From positions 1-46,296 of IMG/VR virus record IMGVR_UViG_3300012232_000187: a stretch of DNA of 46,296 bases, one strand, 5' to 3'. The stretch is from a virus (taxonomy: Duplodnaviria; Caudoviricetes). Every line of letters begins with the position of its first letter. Position 1 is the first letter of the stretch. The translations under genes were made by a program, and so were the position numbers. The notes under the pieces were generated by a model. It was not told the DNA's origin, ran no database searches, and worked only from the letters and a program-made list of their open reading frames with translations. Shown here one piece after another: positions 17,064 to 24,733 of this stretch.

Positions 17064-17367
17064 CCGAACGCTGCCAGAGGCAGTCATATGCGGTCGTTGA
17101 GGTGCCGTCCTCTGGGAAAGCTTCAATGAGGCAAATCCAGGCTCTGTCGTGCCCTGACAACTTGGTGGGTGAGGTAGACCAAAAGTCTATCAGTCATACC
17201 GGAACACTGAGTACGGACGCCGAAAGGCGGGACATCTAATGTCACCCGGAAAAGGGCCTTGCTTTAACGAGAATATGTCAAACCGCAACTCCGTGAGGAC
17301 TATTAGACTCTTTTGGCGCAGCAATTCAAGTCAGTCATACCTTAACGACGTGTAGGAATGGATAACC

Positions 17368-17847
17368 ATGTCTTTCGCAGAGTTCTGGACTTTGTACCCT
17401 CGGAAAGTAGCGCGCCTCAACGCAGAGAAGGCTTGGACTAAGGCGAAAGGAGACCAGATTGGCGACAGAATCCTTGCCGGACTCAAGCGACAACTACCCG
17501 GATGGACTGACCCTCGATTCATTCCCCACCCTGCTTCATGGCTCAACGCAGGACGCTGGGATGACCAACTCCATGTTGATGTTCGACCAGGCACTGAAAA
17601 GGCTGCTCCACGACCCGCAGAAGCAGACTGGAAACAACCATGCGCATGGAAAGCCATGATGAATGTCTGGATGTTCCGGATTCACTGGCAGAAGAAGGAT
17701 TTAACCCTCGACCAGCTAAGAGCAATGGCAAAGGAACGTGATCGCCTTGCCAAACAATGCTTGGAGATGTGGGGGCCTGAGATACCTCAGGAGAGGGACA
17801 TCGAGGTACTAGGCGGAATGTTCGACCGCTTGAGGGCGATGGCATGA
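17368..17847 (+). CDS. Replication-associated protein (C-terminal domain type of phage replisome organisers)
   Basis: FAEFWTLYPRKV....AEKAW and FIPHPASWLNAGRWDD motifs; no N-terminal HTH. Confidence 0.7.
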   Translation: MSFAEFWTLYPRKVARLNAEKAWTKAKGDQIGDRILAGLKRQLPGWTDPRFIPHPASWLNAGRWDDQLHVDVRPGTEKAAPRPAEADWKQPCAWKAMMNVWMFRIHWQKKDLTLDQLRAMAKERDRLAKQCLEMWGPEIPQERDIEVLGGMFDRLRAMA

Positions 17848-18236
17848 AGATCCGCCGCTCAAAGGCTGACGACCTCTTCTCCCGCTACATCAGGACACGG
17901 GACAACTGGACCTGTAGACGGTGCGAGAAGCGGTTTGAGAAGGGCGCTCAAGGGCTTCACGCCGCGCATCTGTATAGCCGAAGGCACTGGTCCACTCGCC
18001 ATTGGACCGGCAGCCCAGACGTACCCTCCAATGCGCTCGCTTTATGTTTCCACTGCCATCAATACACCGGGGAAAACCCTGTTGTATTCGCTAAGTGGCT
18101 TGACGACCTCTTTGGCGAAGAGGCAATGGACAGGCTCTATCACATGTCGCACACGGTCCAGAAGAAAACCGAATACGAAGAGCGGTTAAGGGTCGTGGCA
18201 CTGGGGGAAATGCTTGCCAGACTGGAGGCTGTATGA
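17844..18236 (+). CDS. ninG: NinG/Rap-like HNH-fold junction endonuclease
   Basis: DDLFSRYIRTRD..CRRC..HAAHLYSR...STR..NALALCFHCH. Confidence 0.8.
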   Translation: MKIRRSKADDLFSRYIRTRDNWTCRRCEKRFEKGAQGLHAAHLYSRRHWSTRHWTGSPDVPSNALALCFHCHQYTGENPVVFAKWLDDLFGEEAMDRLYHMSHTVQKKTEYEERLRVVALGEMLARLEAV

Positions 18237-18460
18237 GGTCAGGTCCCTATCATCGTAAAGAAGCGAAGTTCCACAAAATCTGCGCGATGTGCCGTAAGCC
18301 TTTTGATGCCATCAGAGACATTGCCACCTACTGCTCAGACACCTGTAGGTACAAAGCCAGATACAGGGTTGGCTGTGGCCCCGCGACCCCTGATGTAAAC
18401 CCAACCCAGCATCCACGAGACCATCGGGAGATCCACAAGATCCTGGGAGGCTGGCGATGA
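18233..18460 (+). CDS. Small zinc-finger protein
   Basis: CAMCRKPF..YCSDTCR. Confidence 0.7.
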   Translation: MRSGPYHRKEAKFHKICAMCRKPFDAIRDIATYCSDTCRYKARYRVGCGPATPDVNPTQHPRDHREIHKILGGWR

Positions 18461-18675
18461 GGCTGGATATGAAGCAGCCCCACGGCAGACCTGTATCAAT
18501 CACCCAGGAGATGTTTGACGAGCTGCAAAGGCGCTATCGGGTATGGAAAGCAAACAGGCCAAAGACAATAGCTCGTGACCTTGGAATACCCATAGGGATG
18601 TTCTGGCACTACACCCACTCCGGTCCGGTGCAGTTTGGCGGCCCTGGCAAGAAGCCAAAGAAGGGAACGAAATGA
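18457..18675 (+). CDS. Small basic, possibly HTH protein
   Basis: KTIARDLGIP; ATGA coupling. Confidence 0.6.
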   Translation: MRLDMKQPHGRPVSITQEMFDELQRRYRVWKANRPKTIARDLGIPIGMFWHYTHSGPVQFGGPGKKPKKGTK

Positions 18676-19025
18676 AAGACGCAATGGGACTCTCACTAAT
18701 CGCCCTGCTGGCGCTTGTATTCACAGTCCTTGGGTTGGCTAAGTGTGCCTACGGAGACTCACTGCCCCCTTGTAGGGCTGTGTACATAACGCCGCTGACT
18801 CCCAAGGCCAATGCAAAGCTCATCTACGGCTGTGACCTGGGAGCCACTAAGACAGTCCTGGCGGTGTCCATAACGCAGGCCACCCGACAGAAGCTTGTGC
18901 AGATGTTAAACAGCACAGGGGCTGTTGCATGGCCTCTGGCGCCACCTCCGCAGACACAAGTGACAGTTTGTGACTTAAACAGGCTGTGGTTCCGCACCGA
19001 TCCGGTGAAGATGAGGAACTGTTAG
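18672..19025 (+). CDS. Hypothetical exported/membrane-anchored protein
   Basis: N-terminal hydrophobic helix; Cys-containing remainder. Confidence 0.6.
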   Translation: MKDAMGLSLIALLALVFTVLGLAKCAYGDSLPPCRAVYITPLTPKANAKLIYGCDLGATKTVLAVSITQATRQKLVQMLNSTGAVAWPLAPPPQTQVTVCDLNRLWFRTDPVKMRNC

Positions 19026-19421
19026 GTGCGCGATGAGCTGGAAACACTCCTCACCCAATGGGGTAATTACCATGCTCGCCGTTGGTTTGACCGTGGCTAC
19101 CCAACCCGCTCTGTCTTTGCTTCTCTTACCGATCCCCACTACTTCAACCCAGGGCATAGAGTCTTGTACGATAGACCTCCCTGGCTGGCACCCATCGACC
19201 GCATGGTCTCCCGGATACCGAAGCCCGACAGGGATGCCCTGACTATTCGATACTGCCTGCCACCAATAGACGGCAAGCTATTGTCGGAGCGCCAAATAGC
19301 GGGTTATCTGGGCATTAGCCGATCTTGTTACAGGCAACGATTATATCGTGCGCGCAGGGTATTGACAGACGCGCCCAAAGTATGTTACAAGACTCTAGCG
19401 TGGGTTTCTGTCCCTGCATAA
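19026..19421 (+). CDS. Late-gene regulator, antitermination Q / sigma region-4-like
   Basis: LLTQWG..IDRMVSRIP...ALTIRY..ERQIAGYLGISR..Y..RLYRAR; last middle gene. Confidence 0.75.
   Translation: MRDELETLLTQWGNYHARRWFDRGYPTRSVFASLTDPHYFNPGHRVLYDRPPWLAPIDRMVSRIPKPDRDALTIRYCLPPIDGKLLSERQIAGYLGISRSCYRQRLYRARRVLTDAPKVCYKTLAWVSVPA
19362..19391 (+). promoter_or_regulatory. Possible late promoter (pR'-like)
   Basis: TTGACA at 19362 at the end of the Q-like gene; -10 is weak (TGTTACAAG). Confidence 0.35.
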
Positions 19422-19425
19422 TCCT

Positions 19426-19878
19426 ATAGACATCAACACCCTTCCGGCTCTCCAGCCCGGCGATCCCGCCCGATATCCTGCTCTAGCCAACGCCGACAAG
19501 GCGTCCAAGCGCACGCTCACGAAGTTCCTGACCAGTCTCCAGAAGGGATTGGGCCTGCAGACTGCGTGTTCTTTGGCTGGCATCAGTCCCGAGACCATGA
19601 ACCGCTGGAGGGATGCTGACGAAGCATTTGCAGGGGACATAGAAGAGGCTGCTGCGAGCTTCATCCAGGCCAATGTAGAGGCAATACAGGCCGAACCTGA
19701 TTGGAAGGCTAAAGCATGGCTACTCAAGTCTTCACCAGTAAGCAAAGGACAATGGGGCGAACAGAAGAGCCAGGGCGGAACACAGGTCAACATCATGCTG
19801 GGGATAAGCAGAGACGACGGCATCACCCTGGAGAACGATGCACCATCAATACAGACGAGTACGCTGAGGCCATTGTGA
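19426..19878 (+). CDS. Terminase small subunit-like HTH protein (start uncertain: ATA 19426 or TTG 19549)
   Basis: FLTSLQKG..TACSLAGISPETMNRWRDADEAF..IEEA, DWKAKAWLL, QVNIML; first late gene. Confidence 0.65.
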   Translation: MDINTLPALQPGDPARYPALANADKASKRTLTKFLTSLQKGLGLQTACSLAGISPETMNRWRDADEAFAGDIEEAAASFIQANVEAIQAEPDWKAKAWLLKSSPVSKGQWGEQKSQGGTQVNIMLGISRDDGITLENDAPSIQTSTLRPL

Positions 19879-19935
19879 CCAAGGATAAGGTCATCACCTT
19901 TGGAGTCTGCGAAGTGTGCAGAAAGCGCGTCAGGT

Positions 19936-20037
19936 ATGGCTGAGTACGAGCTAGAGACCGAGATCAAAGGACTATGGCTAGTGGAATGCCTGCTAGCCAT
20001 CATTGCGGTAGGACTATGGATACTGGTGATGCGATGA
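19936..20037 (+). CDS. 33-aa membrane peptide
   Basis: MAEYELETEIKGLWLVECLLAIIAVGLWILVMR; ATGA-coupled to next gene. Confidence 0.5.
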   Translation: MAEYELETEIKGLWLVECLLAIIAVGLWILVMR

Positions 20038-20162
20038 AGTGTGCAGTCTGCGGGGTAAGCCTAGGCCACTATGCTTCGAAGTGGGTCAAGGGCTTAGTGG
20101 CTCTGTGTTTCAAGCATCCGCCAAAGGACGAGTCAGAGTGGACTTACTACACAGATGGCTAA
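20034..20162 (+). CDS. Small Cys/His protein
   Basis: MKCAVC..CFKH. Confidence 0.5.
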   Translation: MKCAVCGVSLGHYASKWVKGLVALCFKHPPKDESEWTYYTDG

Positions 20163-20478
20163 TGCGATGACACTCGACGAACTCAATGAGAGCGCACACA
20201 AAGCCCTTGAGGACTGGGAGAGAGCCAGGAAGGGCGTAGAGACGCCAGAGCAGGCAAAGCAAGCTATGGAGCATGTAGAGCGTTACATAGCCTTGCATGA
20301 CCGCATGACCATAGCCAAGCTGAACAAGGGCCTGAAGGCGTTAGGCGGCAATACAGTGGCTCTCGTCCTAAGCGTGAGTGCATCACCGCTAGAGCAAGGG
20401 AGTATGCAATCTCCCCCGATTGTTCCACGTGAAACATGGGAGGACAGTGCTGAAGCGGGTGAGAGGCCTGAGGCATGA
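20155..20478 (+). CDS. Hypothetical protein (contains parS in its 3' end)
   Basis: Open frame in operon; IVPRET is the translation of the parS palindrome. Confidence 0.6.
   Translation: MANAMTLDELNESAHKALEDWERARKGVETPEQAKQAMEHVERYIALHDRMTIAKLNKGLKALGGNTVALVLSVSASPLEQGSMQSPPIVPRETWEDSAEAGERPEA
20421..20436. promoter_or_regulatory. parS: parS centromere site (ParB binding)
   Basis: TGTTCCACGTGAAACA, 15/16 to the canonical TGTTTCACGTGAAACA. Confidence 0.8.
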
Positions 20479-20506
20479 TGCACTGCACTCTCAGGAATGG
20501 TCACGT

Positions 20507-20519
20507 TAAGCCCTTGATT
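20507..20519 (-). promoter_or_regulatory. IHF consensus site
   Basis: AATCAAGGGCTTA fits WATCAANNNNTTR. Confidence 0.6.
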
Positions 20520-20544
20520 CGCAAGGCAATGACGCTGCTAGACC

Positions 20545-20572
20545 ATGCGACATAATAGCGGTTATGCGCAAT
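20545..20572 (-). other. dif: dif-like XerC/XerD recombination site
   Basis: ATTGCGCATAA-CCGCTA-TTATGTCGCAT versus E. coli dif GGTGCGCATAA-TGTATA-TTATGTTAAAT (9/11 and 8/11 arms, 6-bp spacer); intergenic. Confidence 0.75.
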
Positions 20573-20588
20573 CCACAGGTTATCCACA
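20569..20588 (+). promoter_or_regulatory. DnaA box TTATCCACA (20580-20588) with a degenerate tandem copy 11 bp upstream
   Basis: CAATCCACAGG-TTATCCACAGG. Confidence 0.55.
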
Positions 20589-20636
20589 GGGAGAAACCGA
20601 CGGGTCCCATCGGGTCGAGGGTGGTCGCGAAGGCGC

Positions 20637-20864
20637 ATGCCTCCCCGCCGACAGATGACTGAAAAAATTAAAACCCTCCGCGAAGAGCTTGAGGCCAACT
20701 GGGGCAACGCCACTCCAGTCCCTACGGTCTGGTGGGCTCCCATGGGAAGGGCATGGATCAAGGCTAAGTACTTGTTTTGGCGGGCAAGATTCAGGTATTT
20801 CCCGTATCGTCCTACTCATTGGGATCACTGGGAAGAACCGGACCTTTCCAGGCTGGAAAAATGA
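20637..20864 (+). CDS. Hypothetical Trp/Arg-rich protein
   Basis: Open frame only. Confidence 0.45.
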   Translation: MPPRRQMTEKIKTLREELEANWGNATPVPTVWWAPMGRAWIKAKYLFWRARFRYFPYRPTHWDHWEEPDLSRLEK

Positions 20865-20917
20865 AAAGTAAAAACCCCAATGAAATCAACATACACACCC
20901 CGTAAAACCGGAGACTT

Positions 20918-21094
20918 GTGTTGATCGAGAATCAAGGACTTAACGCGGGTTCCCTGACCCTGAAGACCTCCTCAGGTCGGGTGATTACCTTAGCGGTGGA
21001 GGTTGAAGAGGATGATGGGCTTGCCGTCTACATCGACAACGGAGAACTCTTGTTCCGGATTCATGAGAATCGAGGCAGCGATCGGCCCCTCTGA
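20918..21094 (+). CDS. 58-aa hypothetical protein
   Basis: GGAGA RBS plus GTG; MLIENQGLNAGSLTLKTSSGRVITLAVEVEEDDGLAVYIDNGELLFRIH... Confidence 0.5.
   Translation: MLIENQGLNAGSLTLKTSSGRVITLAVEVEEDDGLAVYIDNGELLFRIHENRGSDRPL
20930..20942 (+). promoter_or_regulatory. IHF consensus site, inverted partner of 20507-20519
   Basis: AATCAAGGACTTA fits WATCAANNNNTTR. Confidence 0.6.
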
Positions 21095-21281
21095 GGCCAT
21101 CGTCCTTACCGAGTTAGAGGCCTTCTCGGATGACCTGGAGCTCGCTGGGAGTTCAGTCGAGGCCCTGGAGGAGGCTCTGGGGATCTCGCTCTCCGAAGGA
21201 ATCCAGAGAGCCCACAAGGCTTATCTGGAGTTATTGTTGAAACTTAAAGATGGGCGTCATGAAATTGACGTTCCGGTATAG
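21063..21281 (+). CDS. Hypothetical acidic protein
   Basis: Part of track ORF 21003-21281; ATG 21063 is the likelier start. Confidence 0.5.
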   Translation: MRIEAAIGPSEAIVLTELEAFSDDLELAGSSVEALEEALGISLSEGIQRAHKAYLELLLKLKDGRHEIDVPV

Positions 21282-21288
21282 GTGATCT

Positions 21289-21411
21289 ATGGCTTACGTT
21301 GCTGCACGACCGAAGACGAAAGGAAAGTACCGAGGAAGGGGGTTTATCCGCCCTGCCGAAACGGCTACGGAATCTGACTTTCCCAGACATACCCGAGGCC
21401 AGGGCAACTAG
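21289..21411 (+). CDS. 40-aa basic peptide (MAYVAARPKTKGKYRGRG...)
   Basis: AGGTGA RBS; TAG abuts the next TTG. Confidence 0.5.
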   Translation: MAYVAARPKTKGKYRGRGFIRPAETATESDFPRHTRGQGN

Positions 21412-23232
21412 TTGGGAGCCCTTGCGAGACAGCAAGCCCACCCTCTGACGAGGGCGCTAGCGAGGGGTCCTGCAACAGGATTGTCGGGAAGTGTAGGAGG
21501 GTCTGAGAGCCAATTCGCCTTCCTTCAGTACGGGACCTCGGACTCCTCGGTTGTCTTCCGCCATGCCTTAACGACTACTCCCTCCTACACGGGCTACACC
21601 GTTGCCATAGCCGACGGTCCCGGCGGTCCTGAACATGGTGTCTTGGGAATGAGGGGAGCCGAGGCAGGGGGTACCACAGCCTCTTGTTATCAGATTACCC
21701 GTGACGCCGATCCCACTCTCTTTGCGGTGGGATTGGGCACTCAAGGACAAATGTCCTTTGAGGTGACAACCAATTGGCTGGTTCAAACTTCGACCGTCCA
21801 GTATGGGAGTACGGGGGATACCCTTCCGGGGAACCAGTGTTGTATTTCCTTCTGTAACTGGTCTAACGCCGGTACGGGTGGAATCGGTGTTTACAAGAGT
21901 TCCACCGCCTCTGGGTTGATGGGGATACTTCGCCAGGGGGTCTCGATCATAGATGGGGAGTTCTTGGGGTGGTCCTCACGAACCGCCAACGCTGGAAGGT
22001 TCCACTCCTACGCCAAACCCACGATGGTCACCGTGAACGTCGGCTGGTACACCGATGGCGCGGACGCTCGGGTAGTCGTTGCTGTTGACGGCGTCACCCT
22101 GATGACCACTATCAGGTCGGGTTCCGATGAGTTCGGGATTCTCACTTTGGGCGCGAGGGGTAACGCCTTCAATGGTGGCCTGGGTGGTTTAGTCCCCATG
22201 ATCGGCGCGGGTCATTGGATTCGTAACGTCCAGGTTTCTACTAAGGCTCCTACGGTTCCTGCCCTGACCTCGGGGTCGAACGAGTCCATTGCGATTCTCT
22301 CCGATTCAATCATCGGATCGGATAACTGGGAGGCTCATTCCTACTACGATTGCAACTACGACGCGCAGATCCTTCGTAGGCTAGAACTGAACAACATCCG
22401 GCCGACGCATTTCTACCGCATGACCGCTGGTGGGCATCTGCTCACTGAGCTGGCAGACGGGAACACCACCTACAGCTTCAGGGTTGGTAATACAGCTACC
22501 CAACAGGCGAACCTTGACGACACGGTAAGTACCTCGGTCCCTCAGGTGGATGCCGACGTACGAGGTCTTGTCAAAGCCCTGGGATACAAGACCATCGTCA
22601 TCAACGGTGGATCGAACGACATCGGTACGGCAGCGGTGACGGTTGAGTTGTTCACCGCTGCGCTAAAGGAATACATCGAGTACTTTTGTGGTTTGAACGG
22701 CCAGACCGCTCCATCTGTAGTCCCCTCAAGAATCCTCATCACCAACATCGCAGATAGAGGTTACGGGTGGAACGCCTCCTCTGCGGTTACGGGGACGTTG
22801 AACGGGACCACGACGGTATCGAGCGTTTCCGTTCCTGCTACTTTCGCTGACGGGGACAGGATTGGCGGGTACAGTACGGGGTCCTTGCAGATCCCTGAAG
22901 ACACCACGGTAGTCTCCGGAGGGGGCACGGCTACCCTGGTCCTCTCCCGTGCGGCGGTAGGGTCTGGGTCGGTAACTCTCTACAACCTTGCCGAACAGGG
23001 CTCCTCGACCGCGAGAGTAAAAGCCGCCACGTTCAGGACCGCGATCAACACAATCCCCGCATGGTTCACGGCGAACTACCCGAGTTCACCCACGCAGATC
23101 GTCGTAGCGGACATCTTCACCGTCTCTGGTGGGACCGCGCTCTACAACGGCAAGACCCACGCTGATGGAGTTCATCCGGGGTACGCGCAGACGTTGTTGA
23201 TCGGTAGCTGCATAGGGTACGCGCTACTTTAG
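21412..23232 (+). CDS. Virion (probably head) fibre with lectin/LamG-like domain and SGNH esterase domain
   Basis: AILSDSI (block I), GGSNDI (block III), DGVHP (block V); beta-sandwich N-half; short basic N-terminal docking peptide. Confidence 0.7.
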   Translation: MGALARQQAHPLTRALARGPATGLSGSVGGSESQFAFLQYGTSDSSVVFRHALTTTPSYTGYTVAIADGPGGPEHGVLGMRGAEAGGTTASCYQITRDADPTLFAVGLGTQGQMSFEVTTNWLVQTSTVQYGSTGDTLPGNQCCISFCNWSNAGTGGIGVYKSSTASGLMGILRQGVSIIDGEFLGWSSRTANAGRFHSYAKPTMVTVNVGWYTDGADARVVVAVDGVTLMTTIRSGSDEFGILTLGARGNAFNGGLGGLVPMIGAGHWIRNVQVSTKAPTVPALTSGSNESIAILSDSIIGSDNWEAHSYYDCNYDAQILRRLELNNIRPTHFYRMTAGGHLLTELADGNTTYSFRVGNTATQQANLDDTVSTSVPQVDADVRGLVKALGYKTIVINGGSNDIGTAAVTVELFTAALKEYIEYFCGLNGQTAPSVVPSRILITNIADRGYGWNASSAVTGTLNGTTTVSSVSVPATFADGDRIGGYSTGSLQIPEDTTVVSGGGTATLVLSRAAVGSGSVTLYNLAEQGSSTARVKAATFRTAINTIPAWFTANYPSSPTQIVVADIFTVSGGTALYNGKTHADGVHPGYAQTLLIGSCIGYALL

Positions 23233-23241
23233 AAAGGACAT

Positions 23242-24141
23242 GTGAGAGCACTGATAACCGGAGTCTGTGGTCAGGATGGGTACTACCTCGCACAGACTCT
23301 CATCGAGAAAGGCTACAAGGTTTACGGTGGCTACAGAGGGAGGATCCCCGACTTTGGGGTTGATCCTGTTCCGATCGAGATGTCGGACTTTGAGAGCGTT
23401 TCAAGAGCCGTAAGATCCTGTCAGGTAGATGAAGTCTATAACTTGGCAGGAGCATCATCAGTAGGGCGAAGCTTCAACTCTCCCTACTACACCCAATCCG
23501 TAAACGGCGACGGGTGCGTCAGAATCCTTGAGGTCTTACGGGGGTCGAGGATAAGACTGTTCCAGGCATCTTCTTCGGAGATGTTTGGATCAGCAACTCT
23601 CCCCCAAAACGAGCGTACTCCCTTCGCTCCGCGGTCTCCTTATGGAGCTTCCAAAGTCTACGCTCACCAGATGAGCCAGATGTACCGCGAAGCCTACGGA
23701 GTAAGAGTCTCCTGCGGGATCATGTTCAGCCATGAATCCCCAAGAAGAGGCACGGAGTTCGTTACCAGGAAGATCACCTACGGTCTGGCGAACTACGGGA
23801 AGGTGACTCTGGAGAACCTTGACGCTCAGAGAGACTGGGGCCACGCGAGAGACTACATGGAAGCCGCCTGGATGATGCTCCAGAGAGATCCAGATGACTT
23901 TGTCATAGGGACTGGGGAAACCCATTCGGTTGGTGATTTTCTGACGGAGGCTATGATTCATCTTGGCGGCGAAGCGGTGGTCAATGAACGTCACCGTCCG
24001 CTGGAGGTCTCCGAGTCGCGGGCGGACATTACTAAAGCGTTAATCCACCTCGACTGGAAGCCCACGGTGGGATTCCGAGAGCTGGTCAGAGAGATGTGTG
24101 AAGCAGACCAAGCGCAAGCAAGCTCTTCTCGGGCTGCCTGA
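23242..24141 (+). CDS. gmd: GDP-mannose 4,6-dehydratase
   Basis: ALITGVCGQDGYYL, EVYNLA, QASSSEMFG, PRSPYGASK, HESPRRG.EFVTRKI, RDWGHA.DY. Confidence 0.93.
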   Translation: MRALITGVCGQDGYYLAQTLIEKGYKVYGGYRGRIPDFGVDPVPIEMSDFESVSRAVRSCQVDEVYNLAGASSVGRSFNSPYYTQSVNGDGCVRILEVLRGSRIRLFQASSSEMFGSATLPQNERTPFAPRSPYGASKVYAHQMSQMYREAYGVRVSCGIMFSHESPRRGTEFVTRKITYGLANYGKVTLENLDAQRDWGHARDYMEAAWMMLQRDPDDFVIGTGETHSVGDFLTEAMIHLGGEAVVNERHRPLEVSESRADITKALIHLDWKPTVGFRELVREMCEADQAQASSSRAA

Positions 24142-24733
24142 CATTGAATGGGAGTGGCCCCACGACGACAGCGTTCTCTGGAAAGCCGCTCCCCAGGTTT
24201 CCTTCGTTGCTGAAGTCCTCACTCACGTCCCCGGTAGACGGCTTGCCATCCAAGCGGGATCTGGAGGCGGGGTCTACCCCGTCCGTCTCGCACTGGAGTT
24301 TGAGCGGGTGTTCACCTTTGAGGTTGAGCAGAGAAACATTACTGCCTGCAAAGAGAACTTCCGCGAGTACCCGAACATCACCCTGATCGAAGCGGCGGTA
24401 GGTAAAGACCACCGCAAGAGAAAATTCATCAGCGGTGGCGCTAACTCAGGGGCTGGTTACCTTGATGGGCTCGGTGAAATCCCCACGGTGAGGATAGACG
24501 ACTACGGGCTCAATCCAGATTTGATCTGGCTGGACATCCAGGGCCACGAGCCAGAAGCCATCGAAGGGGCGATGGACACCATCAGACGGTGCCACCCCGC
24601 GGTGGTTCTTGAGCAAGAAATGATCGCCTACATGAAAAACTGGGGTTTCAATGCGGATACAGCCGGGCAGATGCTGGTCCAGGAGGGTTACACCCAGAAA
24701 GCCAAGGGCGGGCACGATGTCCTATGGACATAA
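24098..24733 (+). CDS. FkbM-family SAM methyltransferase
   Basis: IQAGSGGGVY..VFTFE, DLIWLDIQGHE..AIEGA..TI..HPAVVLE. Confidence 0.85.
   Translation: MKQTKRKQALLGLPDIEWEWPHDDSVLWKAAPQVSFVAEVLTHVPGRRLAIQAGSGGGVYPVRLALEFERVFTFEVEQRNITACKENFREYPNITLIEAAVGKDHRKRKFISGGANSGAGYLDGLGEIPTVRIDDYGLNPDLIWLDIQGHEPEAIEGAMDTIRRCHPAVVLEQEMIAYMKNWGFNADTAGQMLVQEGYTQKAKGGHDVLWT

Noticed and set aside
20744-20751. KOPS motif GGGAAGGG near the dif-like site
   Set aside because: A single degenerate 8-mer is expected by chance in GC-rich DNA; polarity not assessed
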